A stretch of 64,000 bases of DNA from Thermoplasmata archaeon (GCA_039794005.1 JBAMMA010000017.1:28737-92736); one strand, 5' to 3'. Shown: positions 1 through 11,392, numbered from the stretch's first letter. Made by a program: numbers and translations. Notes: generated by a model from the letters alone, not told the origin.

Positions 1-1
1 C

Positions 2-400
2 TACCTTCAAAAACTCTTCCCCTTCAGACCTCGCAATTTCCAAAGATTCAGAAATCAATATGTGAGGGAGGATAATCGCCTTTTCTATACCATATTTTTT
101 CCATAGAGTAGGCCTTTTTCTTCTTTCAACACTTTTATCTATTATGTCATCATGTATGAGAGATGCTGCATGTCCCAATTCAGCAGAAACTGCAAGCCTA
201 TAGGCTTTATCCATATATCCATCAAAACATTCGCTGGTTAAAAGCAAGATAATTCCTCTAAGTCTTTTTCCATCGTTCAATGCATATTTAGACATTTCTA
301 AAATTTCTCCCTCGAAATGTGATTCTAAATATTCATTGATTTTTTCATCTATATTTTTCTTTTTTTCCGCAAGGTTTTCAATCAATTTACTAAACTCCAC
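2..400 (-). CDS. polyprenyl diphosphate synthase (GGPP synthase family), 3' part outside window
   Basis: Not in ORF track. Manual translation from GTG 400 gives GKRLRG...HAASLIHDDIIDKSVERRKRPT (FARM DDxxD + RR); frame open to the window edge. Confidence 0.85.
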   Translation of the reverse strand, partial: MEFSKLIENLAEKKKNIDEKINEYLESHFEGEILEMSKYALNDGKRLRGIILLLTSECFDGYMDKAYRLAVSAELGHAASLIHDDIIDKSVERRKRPTLWKKYGIEKAIILPHILISESLEIARSEGEEFLKV

Positions 401-458
401 CAAGATGCATCACTACGAATAAAAGAATAATTAAAAAGTATAAAAAATTAATCAAATT

Positions 459-2135
459 TTATTCAACGGGTTTGTTTATTCCTATTAATTTTGAATACTT
501 GAATTTCACTCCTTTCCTGAGAAGTTCCATAGAGGATTCATAGCCAGCGTCCGCATGTCTTAAAACTCCTAGCCCGGGATCCGCATTTAATACCTTTTTT
601 GCTTTTTCTTCAGCCTTTTTGGTTCCATCAACCACTAAAACAAACCCTGCATGAATGGCATTTCCAATTCCGGTTCCTCCACCATGGTGAATTGACACCC
701 ATGTTGCTCCTGAAACTGCATTTAAAAGTGCATTGAGCAATGGCCAATCGGCGATAGCATCACTTCCGTCCTTCATTTTTTCTGTCTCCCTGAAGGGTGA
801 CGCGACTGAGCCTGTGTCATGATGATCTCTCCCTATTGCTACCGGGGCAGAAACTGTACCATCCCTTACCATGTCATTTATTATTAATCCTATCCTCTCC
901 CTTTCACCGTATGATGCATAACATATCCTTGCCGGTAAACCCTGGAATTTCACTCTTTCCTTAGCTAATTTTATCCATTTTACCAAATGTGGATCATCAT
1001 CTTTAAATTCTTTTATCAAAACATCATCAATTTTGTATATATCATTTGGATCACCAGATAATGCTACCCATCTAAACGGTCCAGAGCCTATTGAAAATAG
1101 ATCCCTTATATATGCTGGAACATATCCTGGAATATCAAAGGCATTGCTTAAGCCACCCTCTAAAGCCCTTGTCCTTATGTTATTTCCATAATCAAAGACT
1201 TTTGCACCATGTTCTTTGAACCATAGAATTGCCTTTACTTCCTTTACTATGGATCTATAAACGTCTCTAATATATTCATCATGCCTTTCCTTTGATGCTT
1301 TTAATGCCTCTTCTACGGTATATCCTTCTGGGATGTATCCCTGATTTAAATCATGTGCAGCTGTTTGATCTGTAACCACATCAGGTACAATATTCCTGTT
1401 CATCAATTCAGTATATATGGTTGCGGCGTTTCCCAGAAGACCTATTGATATTGCTTTATTTTCATTTATTGCATCATCTTTAATTTTTAGGGCCTCATCC
1501 AATTTATCTGTATATGTATCCAAATACTTTGTCCTCAACCTTCTCTCTATTTTTCTCTCATCAACTTCAACTATAATACCGACACCTTCATTCATCGTTA
1601 TTGCCAATGGCTGTGCTCCGCCCATTTCACCTAAACCGGATGTCAATACCCATTTTCCCCTTAAAGAATCTTTACCAAATTCCTTTCTCGCTAAAGCGGA
1701 TAGCGTTTCATATGTTCCCTGCAAAACCCCCTGTGTTCCAATGTATATCCAAGAACCTGCAGTCATCTGACCGAACATTGTTAATCCTCTTCTTTCCAAA
1801 TCCCAGAAAATTTCATCGGTGGCCCATCTTGGAACTATTTGTGCATTTACAATCAAGACCCTAGGTACATCCTCTGATGTTTTGAATACTGCAATTGGTT
1901 TTCCTGATTGAACCAATAGTGTTTCATCGTTTTCCAATTCCTTTAACAACCTAACAATTTCATGAAATGCATCCCAGTTTCTTGCTGCCTTTCCTTTACC
2001 CCCATAAACTATCAATCTTTCAGGGTCTTTTGCCACTTCAGGATCCAGATTATTCATCAATAATCTTAATGCTGCTTCCTGACCCCATCCCTTTGTATTT
2101 AACAGATTTCCCCTAGGAGCTCTTACCTCAACCAT
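459..2135 (-). CDS. hutU: urocanate hydratase
   Basis: [45 protein letters not shown] motifs; ATG 2135 follows AGGTG RBS. Confidence 0.96.
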   Translation of the reverse strand: MVEVRAPRGNLLNTKGWGQEAALRLLMNNLDPEVAKDPERLIVYGGKGKAARNWDAFHEIVRLLKELENDETLLVQSGKPIAVFKTSEDVPRVLIVNAQIVPRWATDEIFWDLERRGLTMFGQMTAGSWIYIGTQGVLQGTYETLSALARKEFGKDSLRGKWVLTSGLGEMGGAQPLAITMNEGVGIIVEVDERKIERRLRTKYLDTYTDKLDEALKIKDDAINENKAISIGLLGNAATIYTELMNRNIVPDVVTDQTAAHDLNQGYIPEGYTVEEALKASKERHDEYIRDVYRSIVKEVKAILWFKEHGAKVFDYGNNIRTRALEGGLSNAFDIPGYVPAYIRDLFSIGSGPFRWVALSGDPNDIYKIDDVLIKEFKDDDPHLVKWIKLAKERVKFQGLPARICYASYGERERIGLIINDMVRDGTVSAPVAIGRDHHDTGSVASPFRETEKMKDGSDAIADWPLLNALLNAVSGATWVSIHHGGGTGIGNAIHAGFVLVVDGTKKAEEKAKKVLNADPGLGVLRHADAGYESSMELLRKGVKFKYSKLIGINKPVE

Positions 2136-2580
2136 CAATAACACCTAGTATAGATATAGGTAAAAAATAAAAAAATATTATGGAAAAATTTTTCAAAAAT
2201 ATTTTAAATTTAATATTATTTTTTAGAAGTAGTACCATTTCATATTATAGAAATAATGAATATTCCTCCAAAATGCATTGCAGGAATTTTATATTCGTGA
2301 TTTTTTTAAATAAGATCATTCAAATCAATTGAGAATCTATCTACTCATAAATTCAAGAAAGAGAAAATGATATTCTTCATCTCAATTTAAATGGTGAGCA
2401 CTATTAAAATATAATTTTAAAAAATTATGAATTAAAAAATTAAAATTTTTGAGTTGAAAAACAATATTTAATTTTAAATTCTATAAATGATTTGTTCTAT
2501 TAAATTATAAATTGAAAAGTTTACTTATTTTAAATACTTAAAATTGGGTATTAGATGAAATTGATTGAAAAACACATTTG

Positions 2581-2677
2581 TGCCGGGGCCGGGGATCGAA
2601 CCCGGGGCCTTCGGATGTCTCAAGTCCATTATGGGAACCCTATGAGTCCGACGCTCTACCAGCTGAGCCACCCCGGC
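2581..2677 (-). tRNA. tRNA-Met(CAT), elongator type, with 24-nt intron at 37/38 (2617-2640)
   Basis: GCCGGGG acceptor stem, TCGGA/TCCGA anticodon stem, CTCATA loop, GGTTCGA T-loop, bulge-helix-bulge at the intron; no encoded CCA. Confidence 0.93.
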
Positions 2678-2678
2678 A

Positions 2679-3299
2679 TCAGGCTACAGTTTTATTTTCT
2701 TCAGGTGTTGATAAGAGGTTTGATTTTCTAATCTCTATTTTCTTTATATTGTATATTGGCTTAACATTCTTTTCAATCTCTTTTACAATCTGATCAGTAA
2801 ACATGTAGGTTACAAATTCATAAAATAACATGTTCTGTCCCTTAGATAAAACTGCCTCTATTATCCTCTTTCTTATTGCGCTTTTTAATGATGAATTTAA
2901 TCTTTTATCTGCTATTGCAGTTATTTTTACCCTTATCTTATAATTGTCAACTGTCTGCAATGGAAAAATGGCATCAATCCTTGATTTTCTCCTTCTTACC
3001 AATCTTCTGATATAATCTTGTGTAACACTGTGACCTATGAACATCGTTTTTGCTGTAGTTCCATCTACAGAAATTACCTTAAAATTCAACTTGACATACT
3101 CCTTTTTAATATCCCCGGTTATATTATACAGAGTTGTTTCTGCAACCCTACCAATCATCTTTTCTGGATCATCTGCTGGACTCTCGGCAATCTCCTTTGA
3201 TCCAAACGATTCTGGGGTTATTATCTTATACCAAACCTTTGCCCTCCACTTATCTTTAATCTTTTTAGCAGCAGCCCTTTCAGCAACCTTCTGGGACAT
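2679..3299 (-). CDS. rps3ae: 30S ribosomal protein S3Ae (eS1)
   Basis: KDKWRAKVWY, GRVAETTL, DYIRRLVRRRKSRID. Confidence 0.95.
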   Translation of the reverse strand: MSQKVAERAAAKKIKDKWRAKVWYKIITPESFGSKEIAESPADDPEKMIGRVAETTLYNITGDIKKEYVKLNFKVISVDGTTAKTMFIGHSVTQDYIRRLVRRRKSRIDAIFPLQTVDNYKIRVKITAIADKRLNSSLKSAIRKRIIEAVLSKGQNMLFYEFVTYMFTDQIVKEIEKNVKPIYNIKKIEIRKSNLLSTPEENKTVA

Positions 3300-3380
3300 A
3301 GATCAACACCATCTCAATGTGAAATTTCTATATTCTTAGTATTTATAAAAACTTTTTCACATTTTAAATTTTTACGAAAT

Positions 3381-4451
3381 TTATATTTCTGTCAACTCTT
3401 TGTTTGCATATGATAAGATCTCACATCCATCCTGTTTTACCACAACATCATCTTCTATCCTTACTCCACCAAAATCTTTTACGTATATGCCGGGTTCTAC
3501 GGTTACAACCATATTTTTCCTTAAAATTAAATTTGATGATTGTGATAACGCTGCATGGTCATGAACTGCCAATCCTAGGCCATGACCAAGGGAATGTATA
3601 AAACGTCCTTTAAATTCAGTTGAATCTATATATTTTCTAACTTCAAGATCAACATCCTTACCTGAGATTCCTTCTCTAATATTTTCTATCCCTATTTTTT
3701 GAGCATTATAAACGATTTCGTACATCAATCTCTGTTTTTCATTTGCCTTCCCAAAGATATATGTTCTTGTTATATCAGAATTGTATTTCCTATATCTTGC
3801 ACCAAAATCGATTAATACAAAATCACCTTTTTTTAACCTTCTTTCACCTGAAAAATAATGTGGCTCTGCTGAATTCTCACCGAACGCGATAATGGGTGTA
3901 AATGCATTTTCCTGAGCGCCATTTTTCATCAAAAGATATGTTAATTCTGCTGCCAACTCCTTCTCTTTTATTCCTTCCTTTATATAATCAACAATATCTT
4001 CTGCAACATCACTTGCTATTTTTGCAGCCTCCTTTATTAGATCAATCTCGTAATCATCTTTAATCATGCGCATTTCATTCAATCTTTCGGTTATGTCTAA
4101 AAATTCTATATTTGGAAATTTGCTCTTTAAATAATTAAAAGTCTTGAGTGATATATTTGAAAAGGAAATTCCGATGTTCTTTTTATCTCTTAACACATTT
4201 TTTAAAATCTCTTCCTTTTCGTTTTGATTTTTAAATATCAATGTTTCAATTCCAGACTTTTTTGCTGACAATTCCTCCAATTCACTTGTAATTATTATTT
4301 CCCTATCTTTTGTTAAAATATAATATGATCCTTCATAAAGTCCTGAATCCAACAATCTTGTGAAATAAAAAAAGTTTAGATCAACAATTGGTTCACCTTC
4401 GTTATATATTAAGATACCATCTATATCATTGAATTGAAATTCTCTATTCAT
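3381..4451 (-). CDS. Xaa-Pro peptidase (M24 prolidase/aminopeptidase P)
   Basis: DFGARY..YNSDITRT, HSLGHGLGLAVHD, TVEPGIY, GGVRIEDD. Confidence 0.92.
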   Translation of the reverse strand: MNREFQFNDIDGILIYNEGEPIVDLNFFYFTRLLDSGLYEGSYYILTKDREIIITSELEELSAKKSGIETLIFKNQNEKEEILKNVLRDKKNIGISFSNISLKTFNYLKSKFPNIEFLDITERLNEMRMIKDDYEIDLIKEAAKIASDVAEDIVDYIKEGIKEKELAAELTYLLMKNGAQENAFTPIIAFGENSAEPHYFSGERRLKKGDFVLIDFGARYRKYNSDITRTYIFGKANEKQRLMYEIVYNAQKIGIENIREGISGKDVDLEVRKYIDSTEFKGRFIHSLGHGLGLAVHDHAALSQSSNLILRKNMVVTVEPGIYVKDFGGVRIEDDVVVKQDGCEILSYANKELTEI

Positions 4452-4471
4452 AAATCCATAATGTTTTATTT

Positions 4472-5062
4472 CTATAAAAGCTTATATTTTTTAAAATAAT
4501 TTAAAATTTCATTAAAAACATCATTCAAACCCTTGTTAGAATCAATTATAATGTAATTTCTCTTTTTCGACAAATATATATAAAAATTCCTGACATCGCT
4601 CAAAAATTCTATTCTTTCAAAATATTCTTTTTCTCTATTTATTCTTGAAATTCCTATTCCTGGGTCTGTGTCTAAATAAAAAATTAAATCTGGATCGAAT
4701 CTAAATGGATTATATATACAATTTATGTAATTAAATGATTTTTCAATATCATTAAATAAATTTTTTAGAATTGCACCCTGGTAGGCAAATGTAGAATCAA
4801 CAAACCTGTCTGAAATAACGACGTATCCATTTTTTAAATAATTTTTTATTTCCTTTATATGCTCAACCCGATCGGCCATAAAAATAAATATTCTTGTATA
4901 AATGTCCAAATCCTTTTCCATCAATGATTTAACGTCGAAAATTTTGGATGTTGGCTCTTCCGTTAAAAATACCTTTTTTCCTTCCTTTTCAAATTCATTC
5001 TTAAGCATTTTAGATATAGATGTTTTACCTGAGCCATCTATTCCTTCCAAAACAATAAACAT
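4472..5062 (-). CDS. tmk: thymidylate kinase
   Basis: FIVLEGIDGSGKT P-loop, EEPT, ISDRFVDSTFAYQG; ATG 5062 removes the overlap with divergent gatD. Confidence 0.93.
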   Translation of the reverse strand: MFIVLEGIDGSGKTSISKMLKNEFEKEGKKVFLTEEPTSKIFDVKSLMEKDLDIYTRIFIFMADRVEHIKEIKNYLKNGYVVISDRFVDSTFAYQGAILKNLFNDIEKSFNYINCIYNPFRFDPDLIFYLDTDPGIGISRINREKEYFERIEFLSDVRNFYIYLSKKRNYIIIDSNKGLNDVFNEILNYFKKYKLL

Positions 5063-5116
5063 TATTTTGTGTAATGATGCGTTAAATTTAACTTTATTGT
5101 TTGCATTCCAGTACCC

Positions 5117-6367
5117 ATGGATTACGAAGAGGGAGATTATGTGGAAGTCGATTTCAAAGGAGATAAAATTAGAGGAATAATAATGCCTAAACATTCATTT
5201 AGCGGTGAAGATATATTATTATTAAAATTGGACAATGGATATAACATAGGAATTAGAAAAGATCATATTAATAATATAAAAATAATATCAAAAAAAAGTA
5301 TAGAAGAAAAAACCTATGCGATAAAAAGGGAAATAAAAAAGGGAGAGAAGAAAATTACCATAATCAATACAGGGGGTACAATTGCAAGCTATATTGATTA
5401 TAAAACTGGTGCAGTAAAACCTGCCGAAACACAAGAAGAATTATTATTACTCATGCCTGAATTAACTGAAAATTACAACATTAATGGAATAAACCTATTT
5501 TCCATATTAAGTGAAAACATAGAGCCTGAACATTGGATAGAGATTGCAAGAAATGTATACAGAGAAATTAAAAATTCTGATTCAATCATAATTACACATG
5601 GTACAGATACTATGGCATATTCGGCATCTATGATGGCATTTATGATACAAAATCTAAGTTTACCTGTTATTTTCGTTGGATCGCAAAGATCATCAGACAG
5701 ACCAAGTTCAGATGCATATATTAATTTGCTATATTCACTTAAATTGTCTTATACAGACCTTGGAGAAGTTGTAGTATCAATGCATGGTTCCACATCAGAT
5801 GATTATTTACTAGTTCATAGGGGAGTAAAAGTTCGAAAAATGCATACAAGTAGAAGGGACGCATTTAAATCTATCAATACATTTCCGATTGCTAAAATAG
5901 ACAATGAGGGTGTTAAATTTTTATCAGAATACATAAAAAGGTCGGAAAATCCAATATTGATGGATAAAATAGAAAAAAAGGTATCTCTTTTATATTTTTA
6001 TCCGAATATGGATCCAGAAATCGTTCATGATATAGGCAGTAGGGTAAAAGGAATAATATTAGCTGGAACAGGACTCGGTCATGTTTCAACCAAGCTCCTG
6101 GGAACTTTAAAAGATTTGATAAAAAACGATGTTTTCATAGGGGTAACATCTCAATGTCTTTATGGAACAGTTAATTTAAATGTATACTCAACTGGAAGGG
6201 AAATGATTAAGGCAGGAATTATACCGTTAGGAGATATGTTGCCCGAGGTGGCATATGTAAAATTAATGTGGGTATTGGGAAATGGATTGGATCCTAGAGA
6301 AATAATGACTAAAAATTTAGTTGGAGAGTTAACAGATAGAAGGGTTGGATATGAATACGGAATTTAA
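5117..6367 (+). CDS. gatD: Glu-tRNA(Gln) amidotransferase subunit D
   Basis: KLDNGYNIG N-terminal domain, TGGTIAS, HGTDTM, GSQRSSDRPSSD, RKMHTSRRDAF. Confidence 0.96.
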   Translation: MDYEEGDYVEVDFKGDKIRGIIMPKHSFSGEDILLLKLDNGYNIGIRKDHINNIKIISKKSIEEKTYAIKREIKKGEKKITIINTGGTIASYIDYKTGAVKPAETQEELLLLMPELTENYNINGINLFSILSENIEPEHWIEIARNVYREIKNSDSIIITHGTDTMAYSASMMAFMIQNLSLPVIFVGSQRSSDRPSSDAYINLLYSLKLSYTDLGEVVVSMHGSTSDDYLLVHRGVKVRKMHTSRRDAFKSINTFPIAKIDNEGVKFLSEYIKRSENPILMDKIEKKVSLLYFYPNMDPEIVHDIGSRVKGIILAGTGLGHVSTKLLGTLKDLIKNDVFIGVTSQCLYGTVNLNVYSTGREMIKAGIIPLGDMLPEVAYVKLMWVLGNGLDPREIMTKNLVGELTDRRVGYEYGI

Positions 6368-8192
6368 AGCAGGACTTGAAATTCACCAGCAATTGGATAC
6401 AAAAAAATTATTCTGTAGCTGTGAAACAAAGTTAAGCGAAGATGTGAAGGGAGAATTTAAAAGAATGCTAAGACCTGTTCAAAGTGAATTAGGTGAAATT
6501 GATTTAGCTTCTATAAAAGAGTGGCAGAAGAATAGAATATATAATTATCAAATAACGGACAATTCATGTTTGGTGGAAATGGACGAAGAGCCTCCCCATG
6601 ATGTAAATGAAGAGGCCTTGAAAATATCTATCATGGTCTCTCTAATGCTAAATTGCAAATTGGTTGATGAGATACATTTCATGAGAAAAATTGTTATTGA
6701 TGGATCTGATACATCTGGATTTCAAAGAACTGCACTAATCGGGCTGAATGGGTATATAGATACCGAATTTGGAAGAATTTCAATAAAATCTGTATGTCTT
6801 GAAGAAGAGGCAGCAAGAAAGATAAATGAAACTGAGGAAACTGTAACATATAGGCTAGATAGACTTGGAATACCACTTATTGAGATTGCTACGGGACCAG
6901 ACATGAATGATCCAAATCAGGTAAAAATAGTTGCCGAAAAAATAGGTTACTTTTTAAGAGCAACAAAAAAGGTAAAAAGAGGACTTGGAACAATAAGGCA
7001 GGATATAAATATATCAACTGGAGGTAACAGAGTTGAGATTAAAGGGGTTTCTAAATTAAATTTGATAGACAAAATTGTAAAATACGAGATAGATAGACAA
7101 AAAATGCTTTTTGATATAGCAGAAGAATTAAAAAATAGAAATGTAAAATTAAACGATTTTAATATAAGAGATTTAACAGATATTTTTGAGAATTCAAACA
7201 GCAAAATTATAAGAAACAATTTGTCCAAGGGTTGGAGAGTTTATGGAATGAAATTAAATGGTTTCAAGGGTTTGTTAAAGGGCGGGAATTTTAGATTGGG
7301 TAAAGAATTGGCAGATATTGCAAAGGTCAATGGTTTATCAGGATTATTCCATTCGGATGAACTTCCGAATTATGGGATATCTAAAAATGAAGTAGAATAT
7401 GTTAATGAAAGGTTAGGTATTGGTGAGAATGATGCATTTATATTAATTGTATCTCCTCCTCAAAAGGCGGAAAACATAATGTTAAACATATATGAAAGGG
7501 CCAAAAACGCATTTTATGGTGTAATTCCAGAAACGAGAAGGCCTAAAGATGATGGTACCACAGAATATTTAAGACCTCTACCCGGTCGTGAAAGAATTTA
7601 CCCAGAAACTGATATACCTCCAATTAGGATTGATGAAAAATATATTGAAGAAATAAAGAAAATTTTACCTCCAACATATGAAGAAATGGTAAATATTATA
7701 ATGAAAAAATATAATATATCAATGCAACAGGCAAAACAGATAATTAATGAAGAAATGGAAGATATTTTTGAATATCTATACAGCATATATCCAGATGGGA
7801 ATCTCATCTTTAGAATATATTTCAATATAATTCCAGAATTATCTAGCAAAGGTCTGGATGTAAATAAGATTACCAATGATATTATAGAAGATATTTTAAA
7901 AAATATAAGGGATGGAAAAATAGTTAAGGACTCTATTCAATATATATTATCAGATTTTATAAACAACAATAAATTGGATTACGATAAATATAAACCCATG
8001 AGCGACGAAGAAATAAAAAATTTGATATTGAATATAATTGATAATAATAAGGATTTGATGAATAAACAGAACAAGTTCCAGATAATCATGGGATTGGTAA
8101 TGAAAAGCTCTAATGGAAGGGCCGAGGGTTCAAGGGTAAGTGAAATAATAAAAAAGATAATGGAGGAAAATAATGATGAAATTCGTTCCTGA
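6351..8192 (+). CDS. gatE: Glu-tRNA(Gln) amidotransferase subunit E
   Basis: GLEIHQQL, MRKIVIDGS.TSGFQRT, RLDRLGIPLIEI, RGLGTIRQD, RIYPETD; overlaps gatD end. Confidence 0.96.
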   Translation: MNTEFKAGLEIHQQLDTKKLFCSCETKLSEDVKGEFKRMLRPVQSELGEIDLASIKEWQKNRIYNYQITDNSCLVEMDEEPPHDVNEEALKISIMVSLMLNCKLVDEIHFMRKIVIDGSDTSGFQRTALIGLNGYIDTEFGRISIKSVCLEEEAARKINETEETVTYRLDRLGIPLIEIATGPDMNDPNQVKIVAEKIGYFLRATKKVKRGLGTIRQDINISTGGNRVEIKGVSKLNLIDKIVKYEIDRQKMLFDIAEELKNRNVKLNDFNIRDLTDIFENSNSKIIRNNLSKGWRVYGMKLNGFKGLLKGGNFRLGKELADIAKVNGLSGLFHSDELPNYGISKNEVEYVNERLGIGENDAFILIVSPPQKAENIMLNIYERAKNAFYGVIPETRRPKDDGTTEYLRPLPGRERIYPETDIPPIRIDEKYIEEIKKILPPTYEEMVNIIMKKYNISMQQAKQIINEEMEDIFEYLYSIYPDGNLIFRIYFNIIPELSSKGLDVNKITNDIIEDILKNIRDGKIVKDSIQYILSDFINNNKLDYDKYKPMSDEEIKNLILNIIDNNKDLMNKQNKFQIIMGLVMKSSNGRAEGSRVSEIIKKIMEENNDEIRS

Positions 8193-9966
8193 CACATCGG
8201 TAATAATAAATGGAAAGTTTTATGAACTTTTAGAATCGATGGGCGGAGAAGTAATTCTACCTGAAGCTGTTATATCAGAAATAGAGGCACAGGCCAATAG
8301 AGGTCTTTTGATAGGATTTACAGGTTTAAAAGAACTCGAAAAAATAAAGGAATTGGAAAATTCTGGAAAGATAAGGATAACATTTTATGGTAAGAGACCA
8401 GAAAAGTGGCAAATTGAAAAAGCTAAGAGTGGTGAAATTGATGATATAATTAGGAACGCAGCATTGGAAAACGATGCGGAGTTGGTTACAAGTGATTATA
8501 TACAATCAGTTGTGGCAAAAATTAAGGGTATTAAAATAAGATACATTGAAATTAAAAAACCTCCAGAAATAAGGATTGAAGACTTCTTTGATGAAAGGAC
8601 CATGAGTGTACACCTAAAAGAAAATACATTACCAAGGGCAAAAAAGGGATCTCCAGGAAATTTTGTTTTGGTTAATATATCTGATAAAATTTTGACTAGA
8701 GAGGAATTGGAGGAGATATCTACAGACATAATTGAAAGAGCAAGATCTACAAAGAATTCATACATTGAAATAGAAACAAAGGGGGCAACGGTGGTACAAT
8801 TATCCGAATATAGAATTGTAATTACAAAGGAACCATTTTCTGATGGAATAGAGATTACTGCAGTGAAGCCATTGGTAAAACTTGATATAGATTATTATAA
8901 GATAGATGAAAAATTAATGAACAGAATTAAAAATGGTACGAATGGCATATTAATTTCAGGAAGTCCTGGGGCAGGAAAAACCACATTCGCTCAGGCCCTG
9001 GCGGAATGGTATGCAAAAAATGGAAAGATAGTAAAAACAATGGAAAAGCCGAGAGATTTACAGGTTATCGATGAAATAACACAATACACATCATTAGAAG
9101 GAGATATGTCAAAGACTGGAAACATTTTATTGATGGTGAGGCCGGACATAACTATATTTGATGAGGTAAGAACCACTGAAGATTTCATAGTATATGCCGA
9201 TCTAAGGCTGGCAGGCGTTGGAATGGTTGGAATTGTACATGCCACAAAGGCAATAGACGCTATACAGAGATTGATAGGAAGGGTGGAATTGGGTGTTATA
9301 CCCCAGGTAGTTGACACGGTAATACATATAGAAGCTGGAAAAATATCTAAAATATTGATTTTGGAATATGTGGTCAAAATACCCTCCGGATTGAAGGAGG
9401 AAGATTTAGCAAGGCCGGTTATAGAGATAAGGGATTATTATACAGGCATTGTCGAATATGAAATTTATTCATTTGGAGAACAGATTGTTGTAGTTCCTGT
9501 GACTAGAGAAAAATCATCTATTTATAAGCTTGCGGAAGAAAGATTGGAAGAATTAATTAAAAATTACATTAAAGATGTTTTCAGGGTTGAAATAGTTGGG
9601 GAAAATACGGCTAATCTATACATCAGGGAAAGCATGATATCTGAAATCATTGGAAAAAAAGGAGCGAATATAGAAAAATTGGAAAAGGTTACAGGGATGC
9701 ATTTAGAGGTATATCCATTCAAAGATGAAAATCTATCAAAAGGTAATAAAATAGAAGTTGGATTAGAAAAGAAAAAGGATTATTTGCTTTTTGTTGGTAG
9801 GGAATATGCAGGTTATACTGGCTACATAATGGCAGATTCCGAAATACTATTCAAGGCAACAATATCAAAAGATGGATACATAAGGATAAAATCAAATTCA
9901 GAAAATTCTAAAATTTTGGAAAAGGCAATAAAAAGCGCAAAAAAATTATATTTTGTAATTGAATAG
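8173..9966 (+). CDS. PIN-domain P-loop ATPase with KH domain (PINA/MJ1533 family)
   Basis: N-terminal PIN (VPDTSVII), GSPGAGKTT, DEVRT, GIVHAT, KH motif IIGKKGANI. Confidence 0.88.
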   Translation: MMKFVPDTSVIINGKFYELLESMGGEVILPEAVISEIEAQANRGLLIGFTGLKELEKIKELENSGKIRITFYGKRPEKWQIEKAKSGEIDDIIRNAALENDAELVTSDYIQSVVAKIKGIKIRYIEIKKPPEIRIEDFFDERTMSVHLKENTLPRAKKGSPGNFVLVNISDKILTREELEEISTDIIERARSTKNSYIEIETKGATVVQLSEYRIVITKEPFSDGIEITAVKPLVKLDIDYYKIDEKLMNRIKNGTNGILISGSPGAGKTTFAQALAEWYAKNGKIVKTMEKPRDLQVIDEITQYTSLEGDMSKTGNILLMVRPDITIFDEVRTTEDFIVYADLRLAGVGMVGIVHATKAIDAIQRLIGRVELGVIPQVVDTVIHIEAGKISKILILEYVVKIPSGLKEEDLARPVIEIRDYYTGIVEYEIYSFGEQIVVVPVTREKSSIYKLAEERLEELIKNYIKDVFRVEIVGENTANLYIRESMISEIIGKKGANIEKLEKVTGMHLEVYPFKDENLSKGNKIEVGLEKKKDYLLFVGREYAGYTGYIMADSEILFKATISKDGYIRIKSNSENSKILEKAIKSAKKLYFVIE

Positions 9967-9967
9967 A

Positions 9968-10450
9968 TCAAAATTCGATAAATCTCTCAAACGATTTATC
10001 TTTTAATTTATACTGCCTTACCTTTACATTGCTTTCCAACAATACGAGTTTTGCCAGATCATCCGGATATCCTTCAGCATATACTATTTCCTTAATCTTT
10101 GCGTTTATTATCATTTTAGCACATACAACACATGGATGATTTGTGACATATATCGTTGCATCAATAACACTTACACCATAGACTGCTGCCTGTATTATAG
10201 CATTTTGCTCGGCATGTAGGCCTCTGCATAACTCATGTCTTTCTCCAGAGTTTATATTTAAATCTTCTCTAATGCATCCAGTAATATCACAATGAACTGA
10301 ACCTGATGGAGGGCCATTGTAACCTGTGGAAATAATCCTATGATCCTTTACTATAACTGCTCCTACCTTTCTCCTCGTGCATGTGGATCTGCTGGCGGCC
10401 AAATAGGCCATACGCATAAAGTATTCGTCCCAATCAGGTCTATCGATCAT
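9968..10450 (-). CDS. dCMP deaminase / ComEB family
   Basis: [25 protein letters not shown] zinc motifs; start placed at ATG 10450. Confidence 0.9.
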   Translation of the reverse strand: MIDRPDWDEYFMRMAYLAASRSTCTRRKVGAVIVKDHRIISTGYNGPPSGSVHCDITGCIREDLNINSGERHELCRGLHAEQNAIIQAAVYGVSVIDATIYVTNHPCVVCAKMIINAKIKEIVYAEGYPDDLAKLVLLESNVKVRQYKLKDKSFERFIEF

Positions 10451-10466
10451 TCTATAATCAATAAAT

Positions 10467-10943
10467 TCAATCGAATATAGATTTTTCCACCATATCAAAT
10501 AGATCGGATACATCAATATTTTTATCCCTAGCTATCATCAGTGCGATAATTTCAATGCTGAAAAAGGGATAAGCTTTTCTCATTTTATTAACTTCAGAAA
10601 CTATTTCCTCCTTTTTTATCCCGGTCTTCTTCGAAATTCTTTCCACGATTAATTTAAATGAATCTTTGGGATTGACTGAATATTTTTCTAAATCTTCCTT
10701 GGTTATTGTTAGATCAATAGGTATTTCAATATTAGATGTTTCAAAATTTATCTGGTATTTTTCATCATCAATTTTTTTTATTAAATTCATAGATATGCAA
10801 TTCTTTAGGAAAACATCCACATTGGATGGCTCAAGCCATCTATTATCGTATGATAGAAATTTTATAGCATCATCCCTTGAAAATTCCCTCTTTTTTATTC
10901 TTCTTTCCAACAGTTTCAATACGGCCTTAAATTTATCCGTCAT
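10467..10943 (-). CDS. DUF2240-like conserved archaeal protein
   Basis: [10 protein letters not shown] and C-terminal [15 protein letters not shown] pattern resemble DUF2240. Confidence 0.6.
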   Translation of the reverse strand: MTDKFKAVLKLLERRIKKREFSRDDAIKFLSYDNRWLEPSNVDVFLKNCISMNLIKKIDDEKYQINFETSNIEIPIDLTITKEDLEKYSVNPKDSFKLIVERISKKTGIKKEEIVSEVNKMRKAYPFFSIEIIALMIARDKNIDVSDLFDMVEKSIFD

Positions 10944-11392
10944 AATTCAATCAACCAATCATCCTTTATTATAAATCTTTTTCCTTTATAAAATGGTATA
11001 TCAGTTATTATATAATTGCCTCCATTATCAATGAAAATATTAAGTAAATTTTCCTCATTTGAATGCAACGCAACATTATTTGTAATTTTTAAAATATTTT
11101 TCAACAATTTTTCATTTACCTTTGGCCCAGATATCACCGATATTTCGGCTCCAGATATTATTATGTCTGTGACGTCCTCCGGCCATCTAATGTTTGCCTC
11201 ATACCATGTTTCGAATATTTGTGATATTTCCTTTAAAACTTTAAAATTTATCTCTTTACCCTTAAATGTTTGATCATCTATGAGATATATCTTTTCACTT
11301 TTTACATTATCTATGAATTCATCTAAATTTTTAAAATTTTTAATCCCCTTTTTATAAACATGATATATTGGAATTCTAATTTTTTCCTCCAT
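10940..11392 (-). CDS. short HisA/HisF-related protein
   Basis: IYLID, WYEANIRWPEDVTDIIISGA resemble HisA-like barrel segments; overlaps both neighbours; start uncertain. Confidence 0.5.
   Translation of the reverse strand: MEEKIRIPIYHVYKKGIKNFKNLDEFIDNVKSEKIYLIDDQTFKGKEINFKVLKEISQIFETWYEANIRWPEDVTDIIISGAEISVISGPKVNEKLLKNILKITNNVALHSNEENLLNIFIDNGGNYIITDIPFYKGKRFIIKDDWLIEL

Noticed and set aside
2165-2580. Gap downstream of tRNA-Met as an integrated-element remnant
   Set aside because: No tRNA 3' duplication, integrase fragment or recognisable ORF
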